DNA from: Sphyrna mokarran
Taxonomy: Eukaryota
DNA length: 64,000 nt
Assembly (NCBI GenBank): GCA_024679065.1
Contig: JAGIQG010000009.1
Coordinates: 42,470,001 to 42,534,000 of the forward strand
Direction: 5' to 3'
Part shown: piece by piece, positions 14,950 to 27,990 of the stretch
Position numbering within the stretch: the stretch's first letter is position 1
Layout: each line of letters starts with the position of its first letter
The notes under the pieces: generated by a model
Database searches by the model: none
The model's input: the letters and a program-made list of their open reading frames with translations, nothing else
Told to the model about the DNA's origin: nothing
Translations under genes and position numbers: made by a program

Positions 14950-15330
14950 TATTTTGAAATGTAGTCACCATTGTTAGGTTGATAAAAGTGATAGTTAACT
15001 TGCACACAGCTTAGATCCCATAAATAGCAAGTCAAACGAATAGCCAATTAAGATGTTTTGGTGGTGCTGGTTAATGGATGAACCATTGGTCAGACATGGG
15101 GAGAACTGTCCTTCTCTTCCTCCAGCTGCAACATGGATCTTTTGCGCTCATCTAAGTAGACATGTTTTAAAATCTCATCCAAGGAGCAGTACTTCTCCCA
15201 ATGCATTATTTCTTCCATACTAAGCAAAAGTATAGGTCTAGGATTGCGTGTGCAGATCCTAAGATGCTGCTTGAACCATGTCCTTGTAACTTGAACAATA
15301 AAAGTACTGTCAGGGAGCCAAGCTGGCACT
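14950..15330 (-). mobile_element. Deu-domain SINE, near full length, decayed
   Basis: Reverse complement gives a tRNA-like head (ggttcaag B-box-like near 15270), a Deu core (ggatgagatttt...aaaagatccatg...gttctcccc) and a 3' part (tgctatttatgggatc...gctgtgtgcaa...gtgactacatttcaaaa). Confidence 0.7.
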
Positions 15331-16475
15331 AACAATCAAAAGTATATTTTCCCTGCTCATTTTTTTATATCTCAAATGGAAGTATTAGTTATTAAAGTTT
15401 AAAATGTTATCAATTATTTTTTATCAACAGAAAACTGAGTCTCAGAATACAAATCATAATCCTATTTTCTACACAATCTTAACCTGCCCTTATCTATTTT
15501 TCAAGCTTAGCAAATTATCATAAATGGTATACATAACATAAGCCAGGGAGTTTTAACCTAGGTTTCTATTTGATGTAACCCAGGGCAGCCTCAATTAAAT
15601 TTCTAATAGATTTGAGCCTGCTGTACAAAATTGACCATAATTTTCACAGACCATCACTCAATTAATAATCAGTCACAAATTCTGAAACAATAATGGAAAA
15701 ATTTAAATTGGCACAATGGAGGGATGCTTTTTAGAAACTAAGGTTAAAGCATATCATCAGGGTAGAGGGTGCTTTATTTGACAGATTACATTCACCCGAC
15801 GGATGTTATAAATGGAAATTCCACTGGCATTCCTCATTTCTATAATGAGCACAAATCAAATAATTGAGAAGCCGATAAAACTGAACCTTGTATTCAATGC
15901 TACAAGGATTAAAGTATCCATAAGATCATTATCCTCGTGCCCTCTTTGCTCTAGTGCAGCACTAGTTCATTTTAACACACAGCTGCTCCAGAAGATCAGA
16001 AAAAAATAAGTTATATTACGCAGAGAGAAGGAAAATAAAAACATCAATAGTCAAAAAATGTTCCACTGAAATGATTTTTTAAAAATGTTATCAGTTATCA
16101 TTCATGGACAATGATACCAACAGAGCCGTGTTAGGTGTCTATACAGCCTAAGCAACAGCGATACTTTGAGCTGTCATCAATCAATATCATCCATTTTTGG
16201 GAGCAATATTGTTTTTCGTAGTAACCCTGGTGGTGTATTTTTCATGGGGCCATTTTACATCCTTAATCTAGTACCCAACGTACCAGTGAATCTCCTTGCA
16301 CTGTAATGCTGTATATAATTGAACAAGTTAATCGAGTCATAGAAGTGATTGAAGTAACCACGTCACCCCCCAAAATAAAAGAGTTTCAAAGTCATTTCCT
16401 GTGAAGGACCAAAATCAATTAAGAATAACAATAATTCCTGTGGAAATAGTGCTAACTACAGAGGTTAGAGTTCAG

Positions 16476-16575
16476 AACAAAAATAGAAAATGATGCAAAC
16501 ATTCAGCAGGTCAGGCAGCACCTGTGGAGAAAGAAAGGTAGGATTAACATTTCAGGTATATGGCCCTTTGTTTGA
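16476..16575 (-). mobile_element. Penelope-like terminal repeat fragment
   Basis: aacaaaaatagaaaatgatgcaaacattcagcaggtcaggcagcacctgtggagaaagaa...ttaacatttcaggt...ccctttg. Confidence 0.65.
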
Positions 16576-17326
16576 AAGGCCGGGTACTTCAGGTTTCTAA
16601 CATCTGCATTACGTTCCTTTTAGATGAAGTATAGATCACAGTATTGGAATGAATCATAGCAAAATTTAAACATTAATGATGACACAAAGATTATTACAAA
16701 ATTGGAAGAGTTGCATTTTTTGAATGAACAGCTTAAATTTCCACTTTTGCAGAACAGTTTCACAGTAAAACAGTTACAAAGCACAAGGGGACAGAGCTTA
16801 TTCAGTCTTTGACTGTGAAGTTGCAAGAACACTTGAAACTGCACAATTAAGATGAGTTGATTCAATCGAACTAACAAACAAGCTACTTGTTTTTTCTAAT
16901 AGAACATTGACAAATTGAGGAAACTGGCCGGTAATCTAAGTTAACACATTTTGGCCTGTGTACAATATAATTGGTAAACCTTTACAGCTTTAGAAAAGCA
17001 ACAGGTGTCAGGATGCTTCAGGACAAGTCAAGCTTTCAAAGATTTGCCATCTAAATATTAGCTGTTATAACATATGGGTATGTGAAATGAGCTTTGGGAT
17101 TTCTCTGCTGCTTAATGACTATTTAAGTCTTCTTGACAAGGAATTGTAAATTGAGACAAGGGAAAAAGACATTCGAAAGACTAGAATTTAAGAAGAGATT
17201 TTTAATTTGGTTTTTATAGCCGGAAAGTTTCAGACTCTATTCTTTCCAGTGAATTATGCTTAAATATTGTTGTTTATTAGTGTTTCTCAGTTACTTTCTA
17301 AGGCAACTGCTTCAATCAAACCAACT

Positions 17327-17441
17327 GGCCGGTATTTCACAACCTCGCTCAGACAAGGCTCATAAAATCCCACCCGAGGTTAACGGAAAATTCCGTTCTG
17401 TGAGCCGCGTGCAGGGTGGGCATGGCGGTAAAATTCCAGCC
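17327..17441 (+). mobile_element. Short TIR-bounded element (MITE-like), copy 2
   Basis: TGGCCGGTATTTCAC ... GTAAAATTCCAGCCA, a 12/15 inverted match. Confidence 0.65.
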
Positions 17442-18819
17442 ATTATTTCAAAAGGTCAATAAAGTAAAACTCCAGATATCACTACCATTATTCTATCTCT
17501 ATTCCTTTCAGCAACGATTGTATCTTAAACCTCAGATGTTCCTTTTTATCCTTTGGACAAGATTCAACTTTTAAACTATCTTGCATTTCTACTGCCTATC
17601 ACTAAATAATGAAGAAAGCCTAAAAATTACAATATTTAAATGTTATCATTCAAATGTTTAACATACCTGCATCAAATCTTTCCTTTGCTGTTTTAATGGA
17701 GGTGTTTACCAATTTGCTTTAGATGAGTTAATGCCTATTAAAATAGAATAGGAAAAATGGATACCACCACATTAAGCATTTATACAATAATGCCATTCAG
17801 TAATTTCCAGACTAATAACATAACGTTTTATTTAATACTGTTTTTAAAGTGTGACTACACTAGTTTGGCTCTGCTATAATTTTATTAGCAGTATGAGTTG
17901 GCAACAATGAGTAATACTGGCAGTTCTGCACTTTTCTTTACTCAGACTGCTTCCGTGCCATAGCACAAGGAACTTTTACACCGTGGTCCTGCTAGCATTT
18001 AACTAGCATTTTTGTATTGATGATTGTGAAATTGCAGGACTCCTATTTTCATTTTGGTAATGCATTTGGTAATTGCATAGCCCTGCTTGATGGCTCTAGC
18101 AAGGGAGAGAGTCAAACTTATTTCATGGTAAGGCTTCAATCAAACCTTAAAGCAAGCTGCCAGCACTAAACAAGCTCCATCAACTTGTTGATTGGGATGA
18201 AGGAAATGGGTAACTCATCAACAGTACAAGCAGAAAGTAAGCCCTCATTCAGGCACTGGGGAGGTGCTAGGGCAAGAGAGCTATTCATTCCTGAAGGACA
18301 CAAAGGAATCGATAGGAAAATTCCATGCTGCTCTTGTCCCCTAAAAAAATGAATGACACACAGCTTTTTGGGAAGCTTTCCTAAGCATCCTGCTTTGATC
18401 TCTTCATGATTGCTGACTCAGCTTAAACAGTCAGTTCTACTGGAATATTCAAACTGCACTGTGATCCCACAAATGATGTAGAACTTGATTTGAATATGTA
18501 AGTAGGCTCCTGCCTATTTTGGGCAGAAGCTTTGCTCATCTGTTTCCTGACCCAGTCAAAAAAAAAACATAGCAAGCCACATGTCAGTGGGAATGGAGTG
18601 GTCAGTGTAAGTAAAATTTAGCTTGCAGAAATCACCAATCACTCTTCTCACACAGTAGTGAAGCAGAAGCTATCTGTTGGAGAGGCCAACTGACCTTGAG
18701 ATAGTTGTTACAGAAAAAAATCTTTGTTAAGGACATCTCTGATTTAGTATATTTATACTGGATGATTTTTACAATTAAAAATATTTCTATATTTTGGCTC
18801 AAAAGTAAGTTCTCAGAGA

Positions 18820-18988
18820 TTGGTTAACTCAGTTGGCTGATTCATGATTCACAGTGATGCCAAAATCTACTGGCTGAGGTTATTCATGCAGCCCCCACCT
18901 GAGGTGTAGTGACCTTCAGGTTAAATCACCACCAATCAGCTCACTCTCAAATAGAGGGACAGCAGCCTATGGAAATTTGGCAGCTTTT
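18820..18988 (+). mobile_element. Decayed tRNA-derived SINE
   Basis: A-box-like ttaactcagttgg followed by tactggctgaggttattcatg...cctgaggtgtagtgaccttcaggttaaatcaccacca...gcagcctatgg, which resembles a common shark SINE body as recalled. Confidence 0.55.
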
Positions 18989-19266
18989 GGTAAGGTCTCA
19001 GTATAAAAATGTGAAAAAGCTAGATACTTGGAGGTGCTCAAACATCATTCCATTGAGAAGCCTGAGGCCATCAAACTGTCCTAACAAGGCAAAAAAGTGA
19101 GCTTGAAGATCTTGAAAATATTCTTCAGGTATTCACTAACTGTCATGCTTCCTAGTTTCAGGTATGTTTTCACACACCCCTGCTGAGGGGCATTTAATTA
19201 TACAAGCTCTGCCTTAAATGTCAGTAATGGGAGTGATTGTATTTAGCTGAATAACTTCTTTACCGC

Positions 19267-20000
19267 TGTAATGATGCCATGCCATATTTCATGTTTTTGT
19301 CAAATGTTTTAGGATTACATTTTTTTTATGAGCAGTCGGTAGGTCTGATAAACATGCAGCTCAGATGCTGGATAATAGGATAGTTACTCATTTTAGCCAT
19401 GCGGCATTTATTTAGGAGAATAGCTTGTTATAACAAATTGAAATTTCCCTGAGTTTTTTTTATTTAAGGAATGCAAACTTTTGTTTTGGCATTCAGGATC
19501 ATGTGATTTGATTAATGGGAGGAGCTAGGTTTTTAGCACAGAAACAGCTTGCTGCTTCAATTTAGAGTTCAGATGATGACTGGAGCTTTTTAAACACAGA
19601 AGTCTGTTCTCTTTCTGTAAAGTCTCTCTGATAGTCAAGATTTTCTACCTTCATGTATAACAAGTATGCATGAGTTTACTGATTATATTCAAAGGGAGTT
19701 CTAAGTCAATGGGAAGACTGTTGCTTATTTGGAACTGAGGTAGTGATAAGTTAGAAATTAAAGTTATTTCTCATTATGTTTCAAGACTGATCAACTGTTT
19801 AAAGTTACTCTGCTTCGTTGTTAGTTATATTTAAACTGTACAATGAGTAAAATTTGTTTTGATAAAAGATCTCAATTTGTCAGTGGAATTGCTCTGAAGA
19901 TAAAGCATCATTCTTTCAAATTCATGCCAAAATAGTAACATCAGTGCTGTCTAGTCTGGCTTCGTAATATACCTTGGGGTTCAGGTCTGGGATCCTAATA
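19267..20000 (+). mobile_element. Probable solo LTR (Gypsy/ERV-type), decayed
   Basis: Starts TGTAATGAT and ends ATCCTAATA (imperfect inverted termini, TG..CA decayed); flanked by CCGC/CTGC, a possible 4-bp TSD; 734 bp. Confidence 0.4.
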
Positions 20001-20430
20001 CTGCAAATGTTTGCTTACAAGTGATGGGTTCAAACGAACATGCAAACATCATTACTCCTGTGATTGCTTATTAACTACAACGGAAATTGGTTTCAGATTT
20101 TACAAACCACTTTACCCATAATTTGACATTACATGCTGAAGTAAGGAGCTATTTATCCAATCCATCATTTCAAGAAGCAATTATGCAGTTTGGACAATAA
20201 AAAAAATAAGAAAATAGACAATCTGGGGAAACAAAAATTATGGAATACAAGATTGGTTAAAACTACTGAAAACAATGGGTGAAAAATATGACTCTGTAGT
20301 GTTCATTTTCTAGTCAAGTGCTTAGCTGTCCAAAAACGTATCTACAGCATGCACATACTTTCAACTAAGAATATAGGCAATTCACACCCAAGCCTCTAGA
20401 ATGTCGCCTTATAACCCAACACAAGATACG

Positions 20431-20608
20431 ATGGGTTGGATCTGGACTTTGTGTGACTGTTTCAAATTTGTAACATCAAATTGGCATCTCTTTAGATCTT
20501 TATTTCCATTGACTTCAATGGGAATAAAAATTTGGAAAGACGGCAAGCAGGTTGCTAACATCCTATCACCCATTTTCTGCTATCACAGAAGAATCAAGAT
20601 CGCCCCAT
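20431..20608. mobile_element. Palindromic MITE-like element
   Basis: Termini ATGGGTTGGATCT ... AGATCGCCCCAT; central palindrome TTTATTTCCATTGA-CT-TCAATGGGAATAAA. Confidence 0.55.
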
Positions 20609-21973
20609 ATGTGCATGAGCCACACTGTTTTTTGCCCTCTCCTTTCTGCATCCTGAGAACTCTAGCTGAGATCAAGAACTCACAGCTTGAGGAGGGCAAC
20701 AGCATTAATCAGCATATCAACACAATGGTATAGCAATTATCTGAGCCATTGAACAGTCAAAATGTCTATACAATTGTAATACTAATATCCACATTGCACT
20801 AATTGAGCCAGATTCAACAGATTTGTTGTTTGGAAAATTAAAGGAACACCATTATTTTTATGGGGAATGATCTATCGACCCCTGTGGCAATTTGTGCATT
20901 TCATATCAACATTGATATGAAATTGAATTGACAAGGACGCATTACATTGACTGGTAAAAGGAAGTCTGTTCACCTACAGCAAAATTAAAAGTAATTCTTT
21001 CTGGGTTCTTTTTTCTAAAATGTATTATAATGAAGATATTTTGTGAGCATCCATACAGTATTAAAAAGTCATCTTTTTTGTTCTGAGTTGTCCCACTGAG
21101 ACTCTGCTGCAGCACAGAAAGGAATAGGATACATTATCATTTCCAATGTCATGTGTAAGGAAGCTCTAAAGACAAATCAATGGCACAGCAGAGCTTAATT
21201 TGTGGAATGTGCAGTTCATGGATTTGTGCTGGTGACTATCTGAATTTATCAAATGTAATTAACAGTGTTAATGATATAGGCAATGTGATTTTAAGCGGGG
21301 ATGAAATTGTTTCAAAATTCTGTAATAATACAAGGCACAAATAACTTCAAACACGTTCTCATCTTAGTCACTGCTCTGGAGAAATGTTGAGCAGAGGCAA
21401 CATACTCTCCTAAGGGCATTACTATCTGCATTTAGTACATATTTTCCAGGTTACATTCATGGTAAAATCATCCCAGGTTTTCTCACAAAGTTAGATTATT
21501 TCATGCATTGACTCACCTCAGAAATGTTTGCTTCTGAATTTTTGTGTTGCAATTTGAAGAAAATCAGGGTATCCCAGTAAAGGTAACCAGCTTGAATGCG
21601 TAAGTTCTGTGTTTCTCAAACCAGACTCCACACTGCAGATATAAACCTCCTCATAATGTCTGACGCAAAAAGAGCAATTAAACACGGGCCTGCCTTTTTT
21701 ATTTCTCATTTGTGTACTGGAAACATTTATGATCTGGCAGTATAGTAACGCTGAGCCTTGAAAATAACATATGATCAATTCAATTAAAAGTTTTCCCACA
21801 GCATACACCATGAAACCAGGCAGCTAATCCAACTCATTCTTTTGAATGATCATGGTCTGGATATGTGTTTGAGTGCCTGAATGTCCAATATACTAAGCAG
21901 TGAGTGATTACTCATTCCACCCTGAAGTTGCCTCAACCAGTGTAATGAACTGGGCCCTTCTGTGAGTATTCAG

Positions 21974-22052
21974 GATAGTTAGTGAGATTTTGCAAGCCCA
22001 CACAAGTTGTAGGGGTTACAGTTGGTGTGACATGAATCTAAGATCCCAGGTT
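21974..22052 (-). mobile_element. Short Penelope-like fragment (third copy of the 22510-22590 segment)
   Basis: tagttagtgagattttgcaagccca...caagttgt...gtgtgacat...aagatccc is repeated at 22512-22588. Confidence 0.8.
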
Positions 22053-22257
22053 CTCACTAACATTGGACATAGTAAAATGTTCTTATAAGGTTCACAGAAG
22101 AACCCTAAGAATGTTAGATTTTGGCATGAAGGAAGAGCAGAGATGAGTGGCTGATGAAATCAATCTCAGTTTGATATGCAAAGTGTAATGCGAGACAGTA
22201 ATAAGAAGACAAGAAGCAAAATAATGTGTGAAGAAATCTTGTATGACATCTTCTGCT

Positions 22258-23135
22258 TCGTAAGAAATCTCACGACACCAGGTCCAACAGGTTTATTTGG
22301 CAGCACTAGCTTTCGGAGCTTCAAGCTCCTTCATCAGGTGAGTGAGACTTGTGTTCACAAACAGGGCATATAAAAACACAAACTCAATTTATAAGATAAT
22401 TTACATGGAACGTGAGTCTTTATGGGTAATCAGATCTGAAAGATACAGACAATGTAAGTGGAGAGAAGGCTAAGTACAGGTTAAAGAGGTATGCATTGTC
22501 TCCAGCCAGGGTAGTTAGTGAGATTTTGCAAGCCCAGGCAAGTTGTGGAGTGACACACAGACAGTGTGACATAAACATAAGATCCCAGTTGAGGCCTTTC
22601 TCATGTGTGCAGAACTTGCCTATCAGTTTCTGCTCAGTGATTCTGTACTGTTGTGTGTCATGAAGGCCTCATTGGAGAATGCTTACCCGAAGATCAGAGG
22701 TGACTGCTGAAGTGTTCCCTGACTAGAAGGGAATTCCTGCCTGGTGACTGTAGAGAAGAGTTCATTCATTCGTTGTTGTAGCGTCTGCATGGTCTCCCCA
22801 TCCTTTCCTGCAGCTTATCAGGTAGACAACGTTGGTTGAGTCACAAGAATATGTATTGTGCATCTGATGGATGGTGTTCTCATGTCAGTTGATGGCATCT
22901 GTGAAAACGATTTGGCAGATCCTGCAGAGATTGCTGTGGCAGTGTTGTGTGATGTTGTGGTCACGGTTCTCCTGAAGGCTGGATAGTTTGGTGCGTTCGA
23001 TGGTCTGTTTGAGGTTGTGCGATTGTTTGAAGGCAAGAAGTGGGAGTGCGGGAATGGTCTTGGTGAGATGTTCGTCTTCAACAATGACATGTTGAAGGCT
23101 CCAGAGAAGATATTACAGTTTCTCCGCTCTGGGGA
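22258..23135 (-). mobile_element. Penelope-like element 3' part (linker + GIY-YIG endonuclease, decayed) with terminal hammerhead region
   Basis: Minus-strand translation includes LLAFKQSHNLKQTI...HCHSNLCRICQ...YSCDSTNVVYLISCRKG (PLE Cys linker and GIY motif). The 3' end has CTGATGA..GAAA and AATAAA. Confidence 0.85.
22304..22340 (-). ncRNA. Minimal type-I hammerhead ribozyme motif (PLE-associated)
   Basis: CAC-CUGAUGA-A-GGAGCU-UGA-AGCUCC-GAAA-GC-UA-GUG: conserved core boxes, 6-bp stem II, palindromic AGCU in place of stem III, 3-bp stem I. Confidence 0.7.
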
Positions 23136-23154
23136 CGTACTGCATAGCAAAGGA

Positions 23155-23805
23155 TACCTCAGACAGAACATTGTCCGTAGCAAACTATCCAGCCTTCGGA
23201 GAACAGTGACCACGACATTACACAATCCTGCCACAGCAATCCCTAGAAGATACCATCATCTCACATGAGAACATTAATCACCAGGTACACACAACATATT
23301 CCTGCGACTTGGCTAACGTTGTCTACCTGATACGCTGCAAGAAAGGATGTCCCAAGGCATGGTACATTGGGGAGACCATACAGACGCTACGACAACAAAT
23401 AACGAACACTGGTCGAGATTTACCAGGAGGGGAACACTTAAGCAGTCACGGGTATTTGGCCTCTGATCTTCCGGTAAGCATTCTCCAAGGTGGCCTTCAC
23501 CACACATGACAACACAGAATTGCTGAGCAGAAACTGATAGCCAAGTTTGCACACGAGGACGGCCTCAACCGGGATTTTGGGTTCATGTCACAATATCTGT
23601 AACCCGAACGACTTGCCTGGGCTTGCAAAATCTCGCCAACTGTTCTGGCTGGAGACAATACACATCTCTTTAACCTGTGTTTGGCCCTCTCTCCACTCAC
23701 ATTGTCTGTACCTTTAAAACTTGATTACTTATAAAATTTGCATTCCAACCATTATTTTGTAAATCGAGTTTGTGTCTTTATGTGCCCTGTTTGTGAACAC
23801 AGTCT
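23155..23805 (+). mobile_element. Penelope-like element 3' part, inverted copy (GIY-YIG, decayed)
   Basis: LRQNIVRSKL ... NVVYLIRCKKGCPKAWYIGETIQTLRQ (VVY..YIG = GIY-YIG); colinear reverse complement of ~22345-23010. Confidence 0.88.
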
Positions 23806-24184
23806 ATAACAACTAGAAACAGAAGGGGATGTAGTCAAGTGTTTCAATGATTATAGGAGAGTAAACTGAAGTGAGAAATATTGGAAATAGTGAAGCGACA
23901 GGTGGAGCAGATATGAGAAAAGAAAAGTAGAGATGAGAGGCAGGATTTTTACCAAGAGATCAGTGAATTTTTTCTGGAATTGCAGTCAACTCATGGGAGC
24001 TAATCGCATGGCACTGACCTCCTCAGTAATCTTTACCCATTGTCAGCAGACATATGACTTAGAGGGGTTTCTCACCCATTAGGATCAGGGCAGGATCTCC
24101 CTCATCTTGTTCACTGCCTAGGCCAGCATCTGATTTCTGATTTTCAGATGTGACTGAATTTTTAAGCTCATTAATTGTTGTAGC

Positions 24185-25322
24185 ATCATAGAGGTTTACA
24201 GCAAGAAAACAGGCACTTTGGCCCAACTTGTGCATGCTCTTTTTTTTAAGTCTCTAAGTTAATCCCTCTACACCCATCGTACCCATGTAACTATCAAAAT
24301 GCTTTTTAACAGACAAAATTGCACCCGCCTCTACAGCTACCCCTGGCAGCTTGTTCCAGACACACTACCCTCTGTGAAAAAATTGTCCCTTGGACATTTT
24401 GATATCTCTCCTTTGTCACCTTAAACCTATGCCTGCTAATTTTAGACTCCCCTACCTTGGGGAAAAGATATTGACTATCTACTTTGTCTATGCCCCTCCT
24501 TATTTTACAGACATCTATAAGATCACCCCTTGCTCCAGAGAAAAAATAGCCCAGTCTATTCAGCCTCTCCTTATAACTCAATGCATCAAATCCCAGTAGT
24601 ATCCTAGTAAATCTTTTCTGCGCTCTTTCCAATTTAATAATATCCTCTCTACAATAGGGTGACCAGAATTATACATAGTATTCCAAATGTGGCCTTACCA
24701 ATGTCTTGTACAACTTCACCAAGATGTCCCAACTCTTATACTCAGTGTTCTGACCAATGAAACCAAGTACGTGGAATGCCTTCTTCATCACTCTGTCCAC
24801 CTGTGATTCCACTTTCAAGGAGCTATGAACATGTACCCCTTGATCTCTTTGTTCTGTAACTCTCCCCAACACTCTACCATTAACTGAGTAAGTCCTGCCC
24901 CGGTTCAGTCTACCAAAATGCATCATCTCACGTTTGTCTAAATTAAACTGCATCGGCCATTCGTCAGCCCACTGGCCCAATTTGATCAACATCCTGTTGC
25001 ATTCCTAGGTAATTCTCTTCACTGTCCACTATGCCACCAATCTTGGTGTCATCTGCTAACTTACTAACCATGCCCACTATATTCTCATCCAAATTGTTCA
25101 TATAAATGACAAATAATGCCTGAGGCACATCGCCGGTCACAGGTCTCCAGTTTGATAAACAACTCTCTACCCTCTCTGGCTTCTGTCAAGAAACCAATTT
25201 TGTATCCATTTAGATAACTCACCATAGATCCCGTGAGATTTAATTTTATGCAATAACCTACCATGTCAAAGGCCTTGTTAAAGTCCATGTAGACAACATC
25301 AACTGCACTGCCCTCATCTACC
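24185..25322 (-). mobile_element. CR1-clade LINE (HER1-like), 5'-truncated, RT to 3' tail, frameshifted
   Basis: VDEGSAVDVVYMDFNKAFD, KLADDTKIGG-like, WADEWPMQFNLDK, KLYKTLVRPHLEY, ERAQKRFTR; tail gggccaaagtgcctgttttcttgctgtaaacctctatga. Confidence 0.93.
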
Positions 25323-27854
25323 TTATAAATCTAATATTTACAGTATGCTCTTCGCTACCATTTAAACTTATTGTTTCATATCAAATAGACTATATTTTAA
25401 AGAGAAACTACTATTTGTACTCACAATGTTTTTCTCTAAGCCGTCCCATTTTCATGAACCAGTGATGCCACTGTCAGACTATCTTTCATACTTTCACCAA
25501 TGCCAAATTTGAGTAGGCTATGGGACAACTCTACTAGTTGCCAGGCATGACTTGCCCTCTGAGTATCTCCAGTTGGGAAGTGCCTGGTCTCCAATTATAT
25601 TTTGACACTTTGTTACAGAAGTGCAACTCAGAATGTCGTTATAAAATGAATGCCTGTGAGAGACAAAGTACCATGATATGAACAAAATATTCTGAAAAAT
25701 ATATGCAAATGCAGACGATGGCAAAAGAACAGAAGTAGTAATGATTATTTCTCTTGTGTGTAAGTCACTAAAAGGCTTGAGCATCAGGAATACTTCCTTA
25801 ATTACCTAGTGAAATAGGCAAAAGGATTTCAGAGTGCTATTTTTGTTTTCAAGCCTGAGGCAAAACGTACTATATGACGATACCATAGCCGTATAAAAAT
25901 GAATTGATAGCATGTACTGAAGGGTGAATGTGGCCACACAGATCTGTACTGAGTCAGCTGTATAGTGGATTCTTCTCATTCCATCAGTCTAATGGATAGC
26001 AATTGAATTTAATTAGTAAAGCAGCTCAGAGTAACAGCATGCTGCGCAGAGTGAAATGAGAAGCTCTCTACAGAAGAATTGCAAAGAATGTCTTTTTAAC
26101 TGCCAGTCTGACCAGTGAGGAAAACCAAATCCTGTCCTCAATTTATACAGCAAAATATAGAAGGGAGTCCTTCTCTCTTCACACTATTTTTTTAAAAAGT
26201 GAAGAAATAGCAAGCAGACCCTCCTCTAATTTTGTTGCTAACAAAAGACACTCAATTTTGCCTGGCTGGTCACAGCAAGCAGGCAAGTTCCAATGATTGA
26301 TTATTGTGGTATCTCTGTATCTTTGACTTTGAACCATGACCTCTTTGTGTACAAAGAGGGTTGGGACCTACCATTTGCCATCTGGAAAGAGGGACTATGC
26401 ACAGGGAAAAAGATCTAGTATTAATCATCCAATTAAGAATGAACCAAAATAGCGTACTTAAGCGCTATGAAATTCAGTCAATTTAATAATTTTCTGCTTT
26501 AATTACATTCTTGTACAGCCTGCTCTCCAGAACTAGCAGAACTCATTTACACATTTCCTATTACTCCCCACCCTAAAAAGTAAGCTTAAGTTTGCCTTTG
26601 CTCGACTAATCTGCAAGCACTTTAATTAGCCTGAAGAAAAGTGATTGTTCACTTAGAACCAAAAGAAGAAAGGACTGAATTCTCACCTATTGTGGGCCAT
26701 AGAACATTTTGCTAGACAAATTCACCAATTAGTCTAGTCACATACAGCGGTATTCTCTTGATTTCTGGGGACCAGCTATGCTAAAACATCTCTTTGAACA
26801 TCCAATGCAATTATGCTGAAAGCTTAAGTTTCTACCAGGAGGGGTGAGACTACAGAGAAAAAGTTATCTTCAGGAGCATTCGGACTCCCCACCGAGGACA
26901 TTTTTTTTTTGCGTAAAAAGAATGTTGTATTGATCTGATTACACTGCAAACCCACAATAGAACAGCATACTTGATGCAAAGAAAACAGTTGCATGATACC
27001 CTACATCTGTTGTGACCTCACCAAGGGTAATTTGGGCAGCATCCCTGATTAGCCTATCTAGGTTTTATCTTTTCTTTCAAGTGCCAAGGTGTCCTCCTTT
27101 ACAATATAATAGAACTTGAACGTTTTAAATTATATTACAAATGATTTTTTTTAACAAATCCTATAAAAATATACATGGTCGCTTCTCTAGAACATCACTC
27201 TGACTAACTTCCTACAATATCTAGAAGACCAATTTAACAGCTTCATCCAAGTGATTAAGTTTCAGGTAAAACTAGCACTCAAGCCTTCCTGTACATACTG
27301 TAATGAAATCTTACAAATTACAGCTACCAGGGAGTATGTGCAGAATATTATTATTTACACTGCATTTTGCTCACAGAATCACAGCTTGTTTTGACCACAC
27401 TGCTTGTTCCAAAGTCACAGAGTCCTTTTCGTTTTCTTCACTCCCCCATGCCATTATTTCTTTCAATTTTATCCACATTTTTTCCTAACGTTCCCAATTG
27501 TTCTGAAACTTCATAACCCCATAACAGTCAATGATGGGAGCAACCCAATTTGGAAAAACAAATCAGGTTCAAACTAAATTAACTCTTTCATGTCTCCTAT
27601 AGGCTGGCCTCCTGAAAGACAGCCACTTGCTTGTTTGGATATATTTGTATTTTCAACAAGAATCTGAACATTGGAGCTCCTTTAGAATACCAATGAGGGA
27701 AGTTGGCATCCCGCCATCCTGATGTGCAGACATTATGAGATTGGTGTTACATTTTTTTTCTTCTCAGTTGATATCAGTTCTGGTTGTGTAACTCCTTCTG
27801 GCACTTGGCTCACTTAACCGCTGACTCTGTTTAAGCTTGCTTAGAGCCAAACTG

Positions 27855-27990
27855 AGCCCAGTGCAGATGGAATTGAATGACTTCAACGCAGCGTCAGGAG
27901 AATACACCACCATACTCTCAAGAGCACTTCGGGATGAGCACGAAATGCTGGTCTAACCAGTGATGCCCACATCATGAACAAACAAATAAA
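27855..27990 (+). mobile_element. LINE 3'-end fragment (clade uncertain)
   Basis: caccaccatactctcaagagcacttcgggatgagcacgaaatgctggtctaaccagtgatgcccacatcatgaac...aaataaa resembles a common shark LINE tail as recalled. Confidence 0.5.
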
